A stretch of DNA of 64,000 nucleotides. Source: an uncultured Gemmatimonadales bacterium (lineage in GTDB: Bacteria; Gemmatimonadota; Gemmatimonadetes; Gemmatimonadales; GWC2-71-9). Positions 19,529 to 28,679 of the stretch are shown piece after piece. Both the position numbers and the translations under genes were made by a program. Under the pieces are notes generated by a model. That model saw nothing but the letters and a program-made list of their open reading frames with translations, did no database searches and was not told the origin of the DNA. Positions within the stretch are counted from its first letter, which is position 1. Every line of letters starts with the position of its first letter. The stretch spans positions 96,001 to 160,000 of the forward strand of contig CAWGED010000005.1 in NCBI GenBank assembly GCA_963821525.1, given 5' to 3'.

Positions 19529-20850
19529 TGGTCCTTCCATCCAAGCGCTGGTTCCTGGTGGCGTCGGTTCTGGCCTTGATTGCGCCGTTGGCGGTGATCT
19601 GGCCTCCGGCGGCGCTGGTACTCCTGGTCTTCGATGCTCTTTGGCTCATTGCTCTTGGAATCGACGCCTCGCGGGTCATGAGCTTCAGGCTGGCCGATCT
19701 GAGCGTAAACCGGATTGCTCCGCCCGCATTCTCGGTCGGACGTCCACTCCCGGTTTCCTATGACTGGCGCCATCCGCTTCATTCTCCGTTGAAAGTGCTG
19801 GTTCGAGAGGAGATTCCTCCGGAACTCGAAATTCGGGGAGATCCCACTCGAGTGCTGGTCATTCCACCAGGGGATGGCCTTAGAGAGACCGTCATGCTCA
19901 ACCCGAGGCACCGGGGAAAGGGCGAAGGAGGGACGCTCGCGCTTCGCATGCTCGCTCCCTGGGGACTCGCCTGGCGACAGGCGACAAAGCAATTGCCTTG
20001 GCGGCCGACAGTGTATCCCAACCTGGTGGGCGCCTCGATGCGCTCCTTGCCGACGCAGGCTCAGCGGCGGCGCGAGGCGGGATTCCGCAACGTCCGACGA
20101 CTCGGCGAGGGGAGAGCGTTCGAGAGCCTGAAGGAGTGGGTGCCGGGCGAGGACACCCGGACCATCGACTGGAAGGCGACCGCGCGGCGCGGCAAGGTGA
20201 TGGCGAGGCAGTACGAGGACGAGCGCAGGCAGCAGGTCCTGATCGTGATCGATGCAGGGCGCATGCTCACAGCGGAGGTCGAAGGAGAGCCGCGGCTGGA
20301 GAGCGTGGTGCGCGCCGCCCTTCACCTCGCGCATAGCGCGGTGGACCATGACGACAACATCGGACTCATGGTGTTCGCTGATGAGGTCCAGCAATTCGTC
20401 CCTCCCGCGCGAGGACGTCGAGCCCTCCGGGCGGTGCTCGATGCTCTGGCCTCGGTCGAGGGGAAGCTGGTGGAACCGAACTATCCCGCGGCATTCGCCT
20501 ATCTCGCCGGCCGCAACCGGAAACGGGCACTCACCGTGCTTTTCACCGACGTCATCGATCGTACCGCGAGCGAATCCCTGGTCGCCCAGGTGGGTACCCT
20601 GCGTCCGCGTCACCTTCCGCTCGCCGTAACGCTGCGAGATCCCGCTCTGGAGAAGCTCGCGGTCCGGCGTCCGGCTACCGTGGGCGTCGCCTACGAGCGA
20701 GCCGCCGCCGAGGACCTGCTTCAGGCGCGAGAGGAGGCACTGGCCGATATGCGGCGGCGAGGGGTTCTCGTGCTGGATGTCCCGCCCAATGGCGCGAGCG
20801 AGGCGGTGGTGGAGCAGTACAACCGGTTGAAACGGCGGGGAGTGTTGTAA
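19528..20850 (+). CDS. DUF58 (vWA-like) protein, MoxR partner
   Basis: G.G..FESLKEW.PGED.RTIDWKATARR, IDAGRM, LFTD. Confidence 0.92.
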   Translation: MVLPSKRWFLVASVLALIAPLAVIWPPAALVLLVFDALWLIALGIDASRVMSFRLADLSVNRIAPPAFSVGRPLPVSYDWRHPLHSPLKVLVREEIPPELEIRGDPTRVLVIPPGDGLRETVMLNPRHRGKGEGGTLALRMLAPWGLAWRQATKQLPWRPTVYPNLVGASMRSLPTQAQRRREAGFRNVRRLGEGRAFESLKEWVPGEDTRTIDWKATARRGKVMARQYEDERRQQVLIVIDAGRMLTAEVEGEPRLESVVRAALHLAHSAVDHDDNIGLMVFADEVQQFVPPARGRRALRAVLDALASVEGKLVEPNYPAAFAYLAGRNRKRALTVLFTDVIDRTASESLVAQVGTLRPRHLPLAVTLRDPALEKLAVRRPATVGVAYERAAAEDLLQAREEALADMRRRGVLVLDVPPNGASEAVVEQYNRLKRRGVL

Positions 20851-20851
20851 A

Positions 20852-20996
20852 AGCGGGGAACAGGGAGACGGGGAACAGGGAACGGGGGTTCCTTGAACAG
20901 GAAACCCTCCGACTGCAATCGGAGGGCTTCCTAAAATCAGTAACTCCTTAATCGGTAACTCCTTTTCACTGTTCACCGTTCCCCGTTCTCCCGCTA
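20852..20996. repeat. Inverted pair of heptamer tandem arrays (CGGGGAA/CAGGGAA ... TTCCCCG/TTCACCG)
   Basis: Arms at 20852-20888 and 20965-20996 each start at a stop codon of the two convergent genes. Confidence 0.85.
20900..20931. terminator. Hairpin / likely terminator nested inside the repeat pair
   Basis: GGAAaCCCTCCGA-ctgcaa-TCGGAGGGcTTCC. Confidence 0.6.
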
Positions 20997-22130
20997 CTCA
21001 GGCCACGTCGGCTTCTTTCCCAGGGACCGAACTACCTCACGGTCGAACTGCGCGGAGAGGCATTCGCGAGCGGAGTAGGGTCCGGGAACGTAGGACCGCG
21101 ATTCCACACCGTGCTGGCTCTGCTCGCAGATGTGCCAGTCCTGCCGATTGGTCATGTCCCAGAACGCGATCCCGTCTTCCGGATTGAATTTCGGGTTGTT
21201 GAGCGAATCGGGGTGGAAGAGCCAGTCGCACAGGATCCTGGTGTGCCGCTCGTCGATGGGCCACAGGGTGTGGAACATCACATAGTCGGGATGCAGGCTG
21301 AGGAGCGTGTTCGGGAAGACCGAGTAGTAGTACACCCGGTTCATCTCCTCATCCGGCAGATCCGCAACGTTGATCCCGCAGGCCCGGCCGCTCATGGTCA
21401 TGCTTCCGGTGCCCTCGTTCAACACCATGTAGCCGCCGAGTAGCGGACCCTCGATCAGGTCGTTCTCGCCGCTGGTCGGCGGGGTCAGGGAGGCCAGCAT
21501 GGGGTGTACCGGGGCGCAGTGGTAGCACTCCGAGTAGTTCTGGACCAGAAGCTTCCAGTTGCAGTTCACCTCGTAGACGATCTGGCGCGAGCGCTTGAGG
21601 TTGGGGAGGTTATAGAGGGAGGCGCGCTCGTGGATCGCGTCGAACGATTCGGTCAGCGGTGGAGCCTTGCCGGAGAGGTCAATGAAGAGAAATCCCTCCC
21701 AGGTATCTATCCCGACCCGATGCAACGGATAATTCGCCTTATTGAATCCCTTGATGTCGTGGGTCGAAGGGGCCCCGATGAGGCGGCCATCCAGACCGTA
21801 CGCCCAGAGGTGATAGGGGCAGGTGATTGTCTCGGAGAATTGCCCGCTATGCTCCTCGCAAAGCCGGGTTCCCCGGTGCCGGCAGACGTTGTAATAGGCC
21901 CGGAAGGTTCCGCCTTCGTCCTTGAGGACGATCACACTCTCCCGGCCGACCTCCTGGACGAAGTAATCGCCGGGATTGGGGAGCTGATCGGCACGACCGA
22001 CACAGAGCCAGCGCCGGTAGAAGATGTTTTCCAGTTCCTGGGCGAAGAGCTCGGGCGAGGTGAAATACTCGCGTGGCAGAGTCGTCTGCCCGTCGATATT
22101 GATCTGATTGCGCTTGACGAAAGTGGCCAC
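20994..22130 (-). CDS. Rieske non-heme iron oxygenase alpha subunit (GbcA/choline monooxygenase-like)
   Basis: NVCRHRG and CPYHLW Rieske ligands; NWKL..NYSECYHC..VHP and QDW mononuclear Fe site; GAGGA RBS before GTG 22130. Confidence 0.9.
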   Translation of the reverse strand: MATFVKRNQINIDGQTTLPREYFTSPELFAQELENIFYRRWLCVGRADQLPNPGDYFVQEVGRESVIVLKDEGGTFRAYYNVCRHRGTRLCEEHSGQFSETITCPYHLWAYGLDGRLIGAPSTHDIKGFNKANYPLHRVGIDTWEGFLFIDLSGKAPPLTESFDAIHERASLYNLPNLKRSRQIVYEVNCNWKLLVQNYSECYHCAPVHPMLASLTPPTSGENDLIEGPLLGGYMVLNEGTGSMTMSGRACGINVADLPDEEMNRVYYYSVFPNTLLSLHPDYVMFHTLWPIDERHTRILCDWLFHPDSLNNPKFNPEDGIAFWDMTNRQDWHICEQSQHGVESRSYVPGPYSARECLSAQFDREVVRSLGKKPTWPE

Positions 22131-22140
22131 GGAGATCCTC

Positions 22141-24879
22141 GTGAGCAGTCTGCTGCATAATCTGCCACTGAGGCCGGACTCTGAAAAGGGCGGCCTGGTC
22201 TTCCACCTGATTCCGCACACCCATTGGGATCGGGAGTGGTATCTGCCGCTGGGAGCACTGCGGCCCCGTCTGGTCCGCATGGTGGACGATCTGCTCGACC
22301 GGCTCAATCGGGAGCCAGAGTATCGCAGCTTCTTCCTCGACGGACAGGCCGTGCTGCTGGAGGACTACCTCGCGATCCGCCCTGAGCGACGAGTCGAAGT
22401 CGAAGCGGCGGTGCGGGAGGGCAGGCTCGGCACCGGTCCGTGGTACGTCCTGGCGGATGAGCTGGTGCCTTCCGGCGAGGCTCTGCTGCGGAATTTGCTG
22501 CTCGGCGGCTCGGCGGCTCGGCGGCTCGGCGGTTCGGTGCCGGTCTTGTATTCACCGGACGCGTTTGGGCATCCTGCGGTGCTTCCATCCCTCGGCTTCG
22601 AGTTCGGCATTGAATACGGGGTGGTCTGGCGCGGCATCGCTCCCCGGAAGGCTGGGCGCGATCTCTTCTGGTGGACGGCGCCCGATGGCCGCCCGCTGCT
22701 GGTCTACCACCTTCCGGCTGCCGGATACGAAATCGGCTCGGTGCTGTCGGGTGCCTCGTCCCGGCTCGCGACGGTCTGGAAAGGATTGCGGGAAGAACTG
22801 GTCGCCCGCGCGGCCACGCGGCACGTGGCCGTCTTCATCGGCGCCGATCATCATCATGCCCCTGCCGATCTGGTGTCGATCCGTTCCGGCCTCGCCTCGA
22901 TTGAAGCCGGCAATCAGGTCAGGATCTCGACACTCCAGGAATTCATGGAAGCCGCAGCGGTCGAAGCGGGAGACCTGGCCTGGGTCGCCGGCGAGTTGCG
23001 CGATTCCTACGGATACACCTGGACCCTGCAAGGGACTCAGGGCAATCGTCTCCCCCTTAAGCGCTGGAACTCGGAGCTGGAAAGTCTGCTGGCTCGGCAC
23101 GCGGATCCTCTGGTTGCACTTGCTCTGTGGCGGCGGCTGGATTCGCAGGGTTCGCTCCTGCGACAGGCTTGGCGCGAGCTGGTCCAATGCCAGTTCCACG
23201 ATTCGATCTGCGGTACCTGCAGTGACGACGTGGCGAGATCGCTCGAGGTGCGGTTCGCCGATGTGGAGGCATCGGCCAACGACATTGTTCGTGCGGCGTT
23301 GAATCAAGTGGTCGGCCACGATCCGGATCGAGCCCGGGAGCAACCCGAAGCACGCCGTCCCGCGCTGGTGGTGTGGAACCCGGCGGGTCGAAGGCGCTCC
23401 GGCGTGACGACCGCGGAAATCACCTTCTTCCGGCGCGATGTCCTGGTGGGGCCTCCCGGCCCCCGCAAACCCGCACGGGGTCCCGGCTACAAGTCATTCT
23501 CGCTCCGCAACGCGGCCGGTGAGACGATTCCGGTACAGGCAATCGACGTACAGCAGGGGCTTGAGCGAATCGACGCCCCGCGGCACTACCCCGATCAGGA
23601 TCTGGTGGACGTGGCAATGGTTGCCTTCCGCTCACCGGAGCTGGGCGGAATGGAAACGGCCTTTCTGCACCCGGGTGGTCGCAGTCGTGGGGTGCCACGA
23701 GGGGCGGTGCGAGCAAGCGCCCGGAGCCTTCGCAACGAGGAGCTTGAGGTGAAGGTCTCCCCCGACGGCACCATAGCACTGCACGGACGTCGTGCCACCA
23801 GCCGCTTCGCCGGCCTCCTCGCACTGGAAAGCGGAAGTGACCTCGGTGACACTTACACCTACTGTCCTCCTGCCCGTGACCGGGTGACGCGCCCGCGCGG
23901 CAAGGCTGGTCTGGTCACGCTGGCGAAAGGGCCGTTGCTGGGTGCCTTGTTGATTCAGCAGCGGATGGAGTGCGGCAGGGGGAGCACGCGGGGGAAGGGA
24001 TGGGTCGAGGCCGCTACCACTCTGGAACTCCGTTCGGAAGAGCCCTTCTTGCGACTGATAGTGCACCTCGACAACCAGGCGCGCGACCACCGGCTGCGGC
24101 TTCGGCTGCCCACGGGACTGCGGGGCGTCGAGAGTGTGGCCGGCACCCAGTTCGGAAGTATTCGCCGGCTGCCCGGGTCAATACGAAGCGCCAGGATCGA
24201 GGCACTCCGGGAACGCGGGGGACTCCGCGAGAAACCGGGGGCCACGGATCCGGCACAGCGATACGTCGCGGTGGCGCGGGGGCCTCGTGGACTGGCCTTG
24301 CTCGCTCCCGGCTTCTTCGAGTTTGAACTCACCGGCGACGGCGACCTGGTCCTCACATTACTGAGATCGGTCGGAGAGCTCTCCCGCTCAGACCTCGACT
24401 GCCGTCCCGGTCACGCCGCCTGGCCCATGCCTACGCCCCTCGCGCAATGCCTCGGCAACTCACGGCTCGAGCTGGCATTGGCCCCGATCACGGAACAGGA
24501 CATCGCGGCTCCTTCACGGCTGGAGCGATTGTGGGAGGATGCCTTCGTCGGACTGTCCACCCGTTGGCTCAGGTACTATTGCGGGACCCAGGGTGCGAGG
24601 ACGCCGGGGCTCGACGCCATTGAACTGCAAGGCGACGGTCTCGTGCTTTCGACGCTCAAGCCCGCCGAAAGCGGCGAAGGCATCGTCCTCCGCTGCTTCA
24701 ATGCGCTGGAGTCGGCGGTCGAAGGCGCAATCCTTCTGGGGAGCCCGGCGCGGTCGGCGGCGAGAGTTCGGGCCGACGAATCACATCCGATTCCACTTCC
24801 GCTCGAGAGGGGCGGCCGCCGCATTCCGTTCCGAGCGGAGCCTCGGGCCACCCTGTCGTTCCACCTGAACCCCGCCTGA
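22141..24879 (+). CDS. Glycoside hydrolase family 38 (alpha-mannosidase / MngB-like)
   Basis: HTHWDREWY, FFLDGQ, GPWYVLADE.VPSGE, PDAFGH, QFHDSICGTCSD, TLLRSVG; exact start uncertain. Confidence 0.9.
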   Translation: MSSLLHNLPLRPDSEKGGLVFHLIPHTHWDREWYLPLGALRPRLVRMVDDLLDRLNREPEYRSFFLDGQAVLLEDYLAIRPERRVEVEAAVREGRLGTGPWYVLADELVPSGEALLRNLLLGGSAARRLGGSVPVLYSPDAFGHPAVLPSLGFEFGIEYGVVWRGIAPRKAGRDLFWWTAPDGRPLLVYHLPAAGYEIGSVLSGASSRLATVWKGLREELVARAATRHVAVFIGADHHHAPADLVSIRSGLASIEAGNQVRISTLQEFMEAAAVEAGDLAWVAGELRDSYGYTWTLQGTQGNRLPLKRWNSELESLLARHADPLVALALWRRLDSQGSLLRQAWRELVQCQFHDSICGTCSDDVARSLEVRFADVEASANDIVRAALNQVVGHDPDRAREQPEARRPALVVWNPAGRRRSGVTTAEITFFRRDVLVGPPGPRKPARGPGYKSFSLRNAAGETIPVQAIDVQQGLERIDAPRHYPDQDLVDVAMVAFRSPELGGMETAFLHPGGRSRGVPRGAVRASARSLRNEELEVKVSPDGTIALHGRRATSRFAGLLALESGSDLGDTYTYCPPARDRVTRPRGKAGLVTLAKGPLLGALLIQQRMECGRGSTRGKGWVEAATTLELRSEEPFLRLIVHLDNQARDHRLRLRLPTGLRGVESVAGTQFGSIRRLPGSIRSARIEALRERGGLREKPGATDPAQRYVAVARGPRGLALLAPGFFEFELTGDGDLVLTLLRSVGELSRSDLDCRPGHAAWPMPTPLAQCLGNSRLELALAPITEQDIAAPSRLERLWEDAFVGLSTRWLRYYCGTQGARTPGLDAIELQGDGLVLSTLKPAESGEGIVLRCFNALESAVEGAILLGSPARSAARVRADESHPIPLPLERGGRRIPFRAEPRATLSFHLNPA
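22501..22532. repeat. Octamer tandem repeat (CTCGGCGG x4) inside the GH38 gene
   Basis: Direct reading; encodes LGGSAARRLGG. Confidence 0.8.
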
Positions 24880-24921
24880 TCAGGTCTACCCCCTCAGCGT
24901 TCCCCCGATCTGGAGAGCAGA

Positions 24922-25357
24922 ATGCGCATCATGATCGTCTTGGCCCTGAGCACTGTGATGACTTCCGGGATCACGGCTCAACAGAAGGAAGTGCTGAAGG
25001 TCCCAGGCGCGGTCGCCGGCCTCCCATTTTCGCCGGCAATTCGGGTCGGAAACATCATCTATCTCTCGGGGCAGCTCGGGAACAAGATGGGGACCCGGGA
25101 GCTGGTACCCGGAGGGATCGGGGCCGAAACCCGTCAAACGCTGGAGAACATCAAGACGGTTGTGGAAGCAGCGGGCAGTTCGATGGACAAGGTCTTCAAG
25201 TGCACGGTCTTCCTTGCCGACATCGCGGACTACGGGAAGATGAACGAGGTCTATGCCGACCTTCTTCTCCAAGGATCCGCCGACTCGATCGACGATTGCA
25301 GGCAGTGGGTTGGCGTTGGGGGCGAGGGTTGAGATTGAGTGTATGGCCGTACAGTAA
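24922..25357 (+). CDS. RidA/YjgF family protein with N-terminal signal peptide (frameshift near 25260)
   Basis: PFSPAIRVGN.IYLSGQ, ETRQTLENIK, VFKCTVFL, MNEVY; shifted frame gives PPTRSTI...LALGARVEIECMA. Confidence 0.85.
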
Positions 25358-25358
25358 A

Positions 25359-25440
25359 AGCGTGAGAAGTGAGAGGTGAGAAGTGAGAGGGAACAGCCTT
25401 GAGGACGTGAGAAGTGAGAAGGAAAAGCGGAGAAGTGGGA
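25359..25440. repeat. Left heptamer array (GTGAGAA/GTGAGAG)
   Basis: Starts right after the RidA stop; complementary to 25975-26007. Confidence 0.9.
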
Positions 25441-25535
25441 AGGGCGGCGTCCCGCTAACGCGTTATAATTGTTTGCCTGCGGATTACCGGGGTCACTTAG
25501 TAGGCGCTGCTTCGGTGTCCCGATCTTCACGCTGT

Positions 25536-25940
25536 ATGCGCAGATCGACAAGACTCTCCACGCATGGATTGAGGCTCACCGAGTAGTCAACTTGGTCTTC
25601 GATTTCTGCCGAAACCGTCCTGGCGGTCCGTAGGCTAGAGGAGCGGTTTTGACCAGCTGCAGCGAGCATCGCTTTCGCATGTTCAATTGAATATCGCCGA
25701 AGGTTATGCCCGTAGACATCCGAAGCAGTTCCTGAATCGAGCCTCCAGATCGCTTATGGCTCTGCCGAGTTGAAACCACGCGTACTAATGGTGAACTGCT
25801 CCAGACTTCGGCGACGTGGTCTGATCGATGATGGGGCCTGCCCAACAGCGCTGGGGTACTCGAAGCACTCGCGACGGTGCCAGCGAACGTGCTCCGAATA
25901 GGGCCTTCTCGAGCGCGATCCGAGCCCGTCCATCTTACTG
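25536..25940 (+). pseudogene. Disrupted four-helix-bundle protein gene (23S rRNA IVS protein-like family)
   Basis: Segments in shifting frames: KTLHAWIEAHRVVNLVFDFCRN / FDQLQRASLSHVQLNIAEGYARRHPKQFLN / LQIAYGSA / VETT; lower GC than flanks; end approximate. Confidence 0.8.
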
Positions 25941-25974
25941 ACTCACGTCTGCACGCCATCTAGCTGCAAACGCT

Positions 25975-26007
25975 CCTTCTCACCTCTCACTTCTCACCTC
26001 TCACGCT
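25975..26007. repeat. Right heptamer array (TTCTCAC/CTCTCAC)
   Basis: Near-perfect reverse complement of 25359-25390; contains the GDPD stop codon. Confidence 0.9.
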
Positions 26008-26776
26008 GTTCCTGTCTCGCCTTAAGGATGACATCCGGCCGGTTAGTCACCATGCCGTTCGCGCCGTTCGCCCACAGTCGGCGGGCTAGCGCGGGATCGT
26101 CTACCGTCCACACATGAACTGAGGCTCCGCGGGCGTGGGCAGCTCGCACGAAGCGTCGAGTCGGGACCGGCAAGAACTTGAAGCGATCGGGAACGGCGAA
26201 ACTGCGGCAGGCAGGGTCGGGCTCGCCCCAGCGGAAATAGAGTCGGGCGATATCGCGCCGCGATGCGCCGAGGTGGAATGGCGGGGCACGAAACGCCTGT
26301 AGCGACCGCCAGTCTGAGCCGGCGAGGACAGCCCGAGCAGCGGCGCCGGTTTCCCGGAGCACCCTCGCAATTGCGTCCTGCGCTCCCGGTTCCTTCACCT
26401 CGATAAGCAGAGGAACGGCTGGAAGATCTTCAATGACCTGGCGCAGCCGCGGAATCCTTACGCCCTTCCCCCGCCACGGATAGTCTCGGCCTGCATCCGG
26501 GGTGAACCGAAAGCCGGCATCCACCTGGTCCAGCTCTTTGAGCGTATGCAGCCGGATAGGGCCGACCGCATCAGTGGTGCGCTCCAAGGTCGGGTCGTGC
26601 AGCACCACGGCCTCGCCATCCCGGGTGACCCGCACGTCGAACTCCAAGGCGTCTGCGCCCTGCTCCAAGGCCAGGTGGAATGAGGCCATGGTGTTCTCCG
26701 GCGCATAGGCGGCCGCGCCCCGATGCCCAATGATGGGTCGGGCGGCGAGATCAAGCAGCAGCGCGGCCGGGTCCAT
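25994..26776 (-). CDS. Glycerophosphodiester phosphodiesterase family protein
   Basis: IGHRGA...PENT, LEFDV..TRDG, HDPTLERTT, IEVK, VWTVD, TNRPD. Confidence 0.92.
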   Translation of the reverse strand: MDPAALLLDLAARPIIGHRGAAAYAPENTMASFHLALEQGADALEFDVRVTRDGEAVVLHDPTLERTTDAVGPIRLHTLKELDQVDAGFRFTPDAGRDYPWRGKGVRIPRLRQVIEDLPAVPLLIEVKEPGAQDAIARVLRETGAAARAVLAGSDWRSLQAFRAPPFHLGASRRDIARLYFRWGEPDPACRSFAVPDRFKFLPVPTRRFVRAAHARGASVHVWTVDDPALARRLWANGANGMVTNRPDVILKARQEQRER

Positions 26777-27608
26777 GCTGACGTAATGCGTCACCGATCA
26801 GCGCCGTCGCCAGAACCACGAGCACCAGGGCGATTCCGGGCGCCACAGCAACCCAGGGTGCGTTGACCAGGGTATCTCGACCGGAGGCGATCATCCCGCC
26901 CCACGACGGTGTGGGAGGCTGGACTCCGAGGCCGAGGTAGGAGAGGCCTGACTCGAGCATGATGGTGTTGCCGAGACTGAGTGCAGCCGAGACGACGACG
27001 GGGCCGAGAACGTTGGGCACGACGTGATGCCATAGGATTCTTCGCTTGCCGGCGCCAAGGGCCACCGCAGAGTCGACGAACGGACGGACCACAAGAGCGC
27101 GGGTCTCGCCATAGACCAGTCGCGCCAGCGTCATCCATCCCGTCAGGCCCAGCACCAGAACAACGAGAGTCGCGCTGGGCCGCCACAAAGCAGCGAGCAA
27201 TAGCAACAGGACCACCCGGGGCAGGGCGAGGCCGAAATCAGTGAGGCCCATGAGCAGGATTCCCACCCTTCGCTGCCAGAGCCCCGCCACCGCTCCCACC
27301 GCGACACCGATGATGACCGACAAGAAAACCGCCAGCACGCCGGTACCGAGCGAGATCCTCGCTCCGTAGGCCAGCCGGGCCCACACGTCACGCCCGAAGC
27401 GGTCGGTACCCAGCGGATGGAAGACGCCGTGAAGATCGGTGCTGAGCGGCGGGAGGAAGCGAGTTTGCACGACGTCTCGCTGCAGGCCCGGGTCGATCGT
27501 GGTGATGAGGGGCGCGGCAAGGGCGGCCAGCACGAAAAGCAGCAACACCAACGCCGCGGCCTTGCCGATCGTGTCCAGCGTTCCCACCCACCGCGCCACT
27601 CTAGCCAT
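26751..27608 (-). CDS. Peptide/nickel ABC transporter permease (OppC/DppC-like)
   Basis: HPLGTDRFGRD..ARL.YGARISL, EAA loop, ESGLSYLGLGVQPPTPSWG. Confidence 0.93.
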   Translation of the reverse strand: MARVARWVGTLDTIGKAAALVLLLFVLAALAAPLITTIDPGLQRDVVQTRFLPPLSTDLHGVFHPLGTDRFGRDVWARLAYGARISLGTGVLAVFLSVIIGVAVGAVAGLWQRRVGILLMGLTDFGLALPRVVLLLLLAALWRPSATLVVLVLGLTGWMTLARLVYGETRALVVRPFVDSAVALGAGKRRILWHHVVPNVLGPVVVSAALSLGNTIMLESGLSYLGLGVQPPTPSWGGMIASGRDTLVNAPWVAVAPGIALVLVVLATALIGDALRQHGPGRAAA

Positions 27609-28560
27609 GACGCACCCTCGGATCGGCCCAGGACACCAGTTGATCGGCGAGCAGGTTGCCCAGGACGACCAGCACCGCGCTCACGGCGGTCGCCGCCATG
27701 ACAACGGGATAGTCCCGAGCCACGACGGCCTCGATCAAGACTCGGCCTACTCCAGGCCAGGCAAAGATTCCCTCGACGAAGACTGCTCCCGAAAAAAGAG
27801 CAGGCAGAGAGAGGCCCAGCAGTGTCACCACGGGAATCAAGGCATTTCGAAACATGTGCCGGTGACGCACCGTGGACTCAGCGACACCCTTGGCGCGAGC
27901 AGTTGTGACGAAGGGAAGGCCCCTCACGTCGAGCATCGCCTCGCGCACATAGCGGGCGATTCCACCGGCGCCGATGAGGGTGAGGGTAATGAGTGGCAGC
28001 GCGAGGTGGCGCAGGCGATCAACCAGGCGCCCCGCAGGCCCCAGAAAATCGGCGTCTACTCCCGCGGCACCGAACGCCGGGAGCCAGCCGAGCCGATAGG
28101 TGAACAGCAACACCAGCATGAGCCCAAGCCAGTAGCCCGGCATGGCGTAGAACGAAAGCGTGACAGCGGAAATCGCGACGTCGGAGCCACGCCGGAGCCG
28201 GGACTGCAAGGTCCCGATTGCAATGCCGATGATGTAGCTGAGCGCGAGGGACAGGACGACCAACAACGCGGTCGCAGGCCACGCGGCGCCCAGCATGGCG
28301 CTCACCGGACGTCCCGTGGAAATACTCGATCCCCAATCGCCACGAACGAATGCACTCAACCAGGTCGCGTACTGGACCAGGAGCGGGCGGTCGAGCCCAA
28401 GCGCGGTCCTGAGGTTGGCGATCTGTTCGGGGGTCGCCGCGGGTCCAGCCAATTGCGAGGCGGGATCTCCGGGCGCCAGGTGCAGCAAGAGAAACGTGAG
28501 CGTGACGACGCCGAGGAGGACGCCGAATCCGGCAAGTAGCCGGGGAAATATTCGGGGGAA
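27601..28560 (-). CDS. Peptide/nickel ABC transporter permease (OppB/DppB-like); start uncertain
   Basis: APGDP, GLDRPLLVQY, GDWG.S, TARAKG, RNALIP, EGIFAWPGVG, RDYPVV, ADPRVR; frame open upstream of the ORF-track start. Confidence 0.9.
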   Translation of the reverse strand, partial: FPRIFPRLLAGFGVLLGVVTLTFLLLHLAPGDPASQLAGPAATPEQIANLRTALGLDRPLLVQYATWLSAFVRGDWGSSISTGRPVSAMLGAAWPATALLVVLSLALSYIIGIAIGTLQSRLRRGSDVAISAVTLSFYAMPGYWLGLMLVLLFTYRLGWLPAFGAAGVDADFLGPAGRLVDRLRHLALPLITLTLIGAGGIARYVREAMLDVRGLPFVTTARAKGVAESTVRHRHMFRNALIPVVTLLGLSLPALFSGAVFVEGIFAWPGVGRVLIEAVVARDYPVVMAATAVSAVLVVLGNLLADQLVSWADPRVRHG

Positions 28561-28588
28561 CGCGCCAGGACCGATTTCAGGTCACCGT

Positions 28589-28621
28589 TGTGAGAAATGT
28601 CACCACGTGAGTAGAGTCACG
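28589..28621. promoter_or_regulatory. Two adjacent CRP/FNR-type boxes
   Basis: TGTGA-N6-TCACC (28589-28604) and CGTGA-N6-TCACG (28606-28621) in a divergent intergenic region. Confidence 0.6.
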
Positions 28622-28679
28622 GACGCCATTCGGGAGCCGGGGAATTATCCGGCGTAGTCTCCCCTATCCGAGGTACTCA

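Noticed and set aside
19246..20976. 576-aa minus-strand ORF, and similar long antisense ORFs (2566-3474, 7552-8715, 42006-43361, 27439-28539)
   Set aside because: Shadow ORFs of well-supported genes, expected in high-GC DNA; no recognisable motifs
25359..25440. Heptamer arrays as CRISPR repeats
   Set aside because: 7-nt tandem units without unique spacers; no cas genes
25536..25940. Diversity-generating retroelement, given the Avd-like four-helix bundle
   Set aside because: No reverse transcriptase and no TR/VR repeat pair seen in the window
25576..25959. 127-aa minus-strand ORF as the cassette cargo
   Set aside because: No motif or RBS; the plus strand carries clear four-helix-bundle motifs
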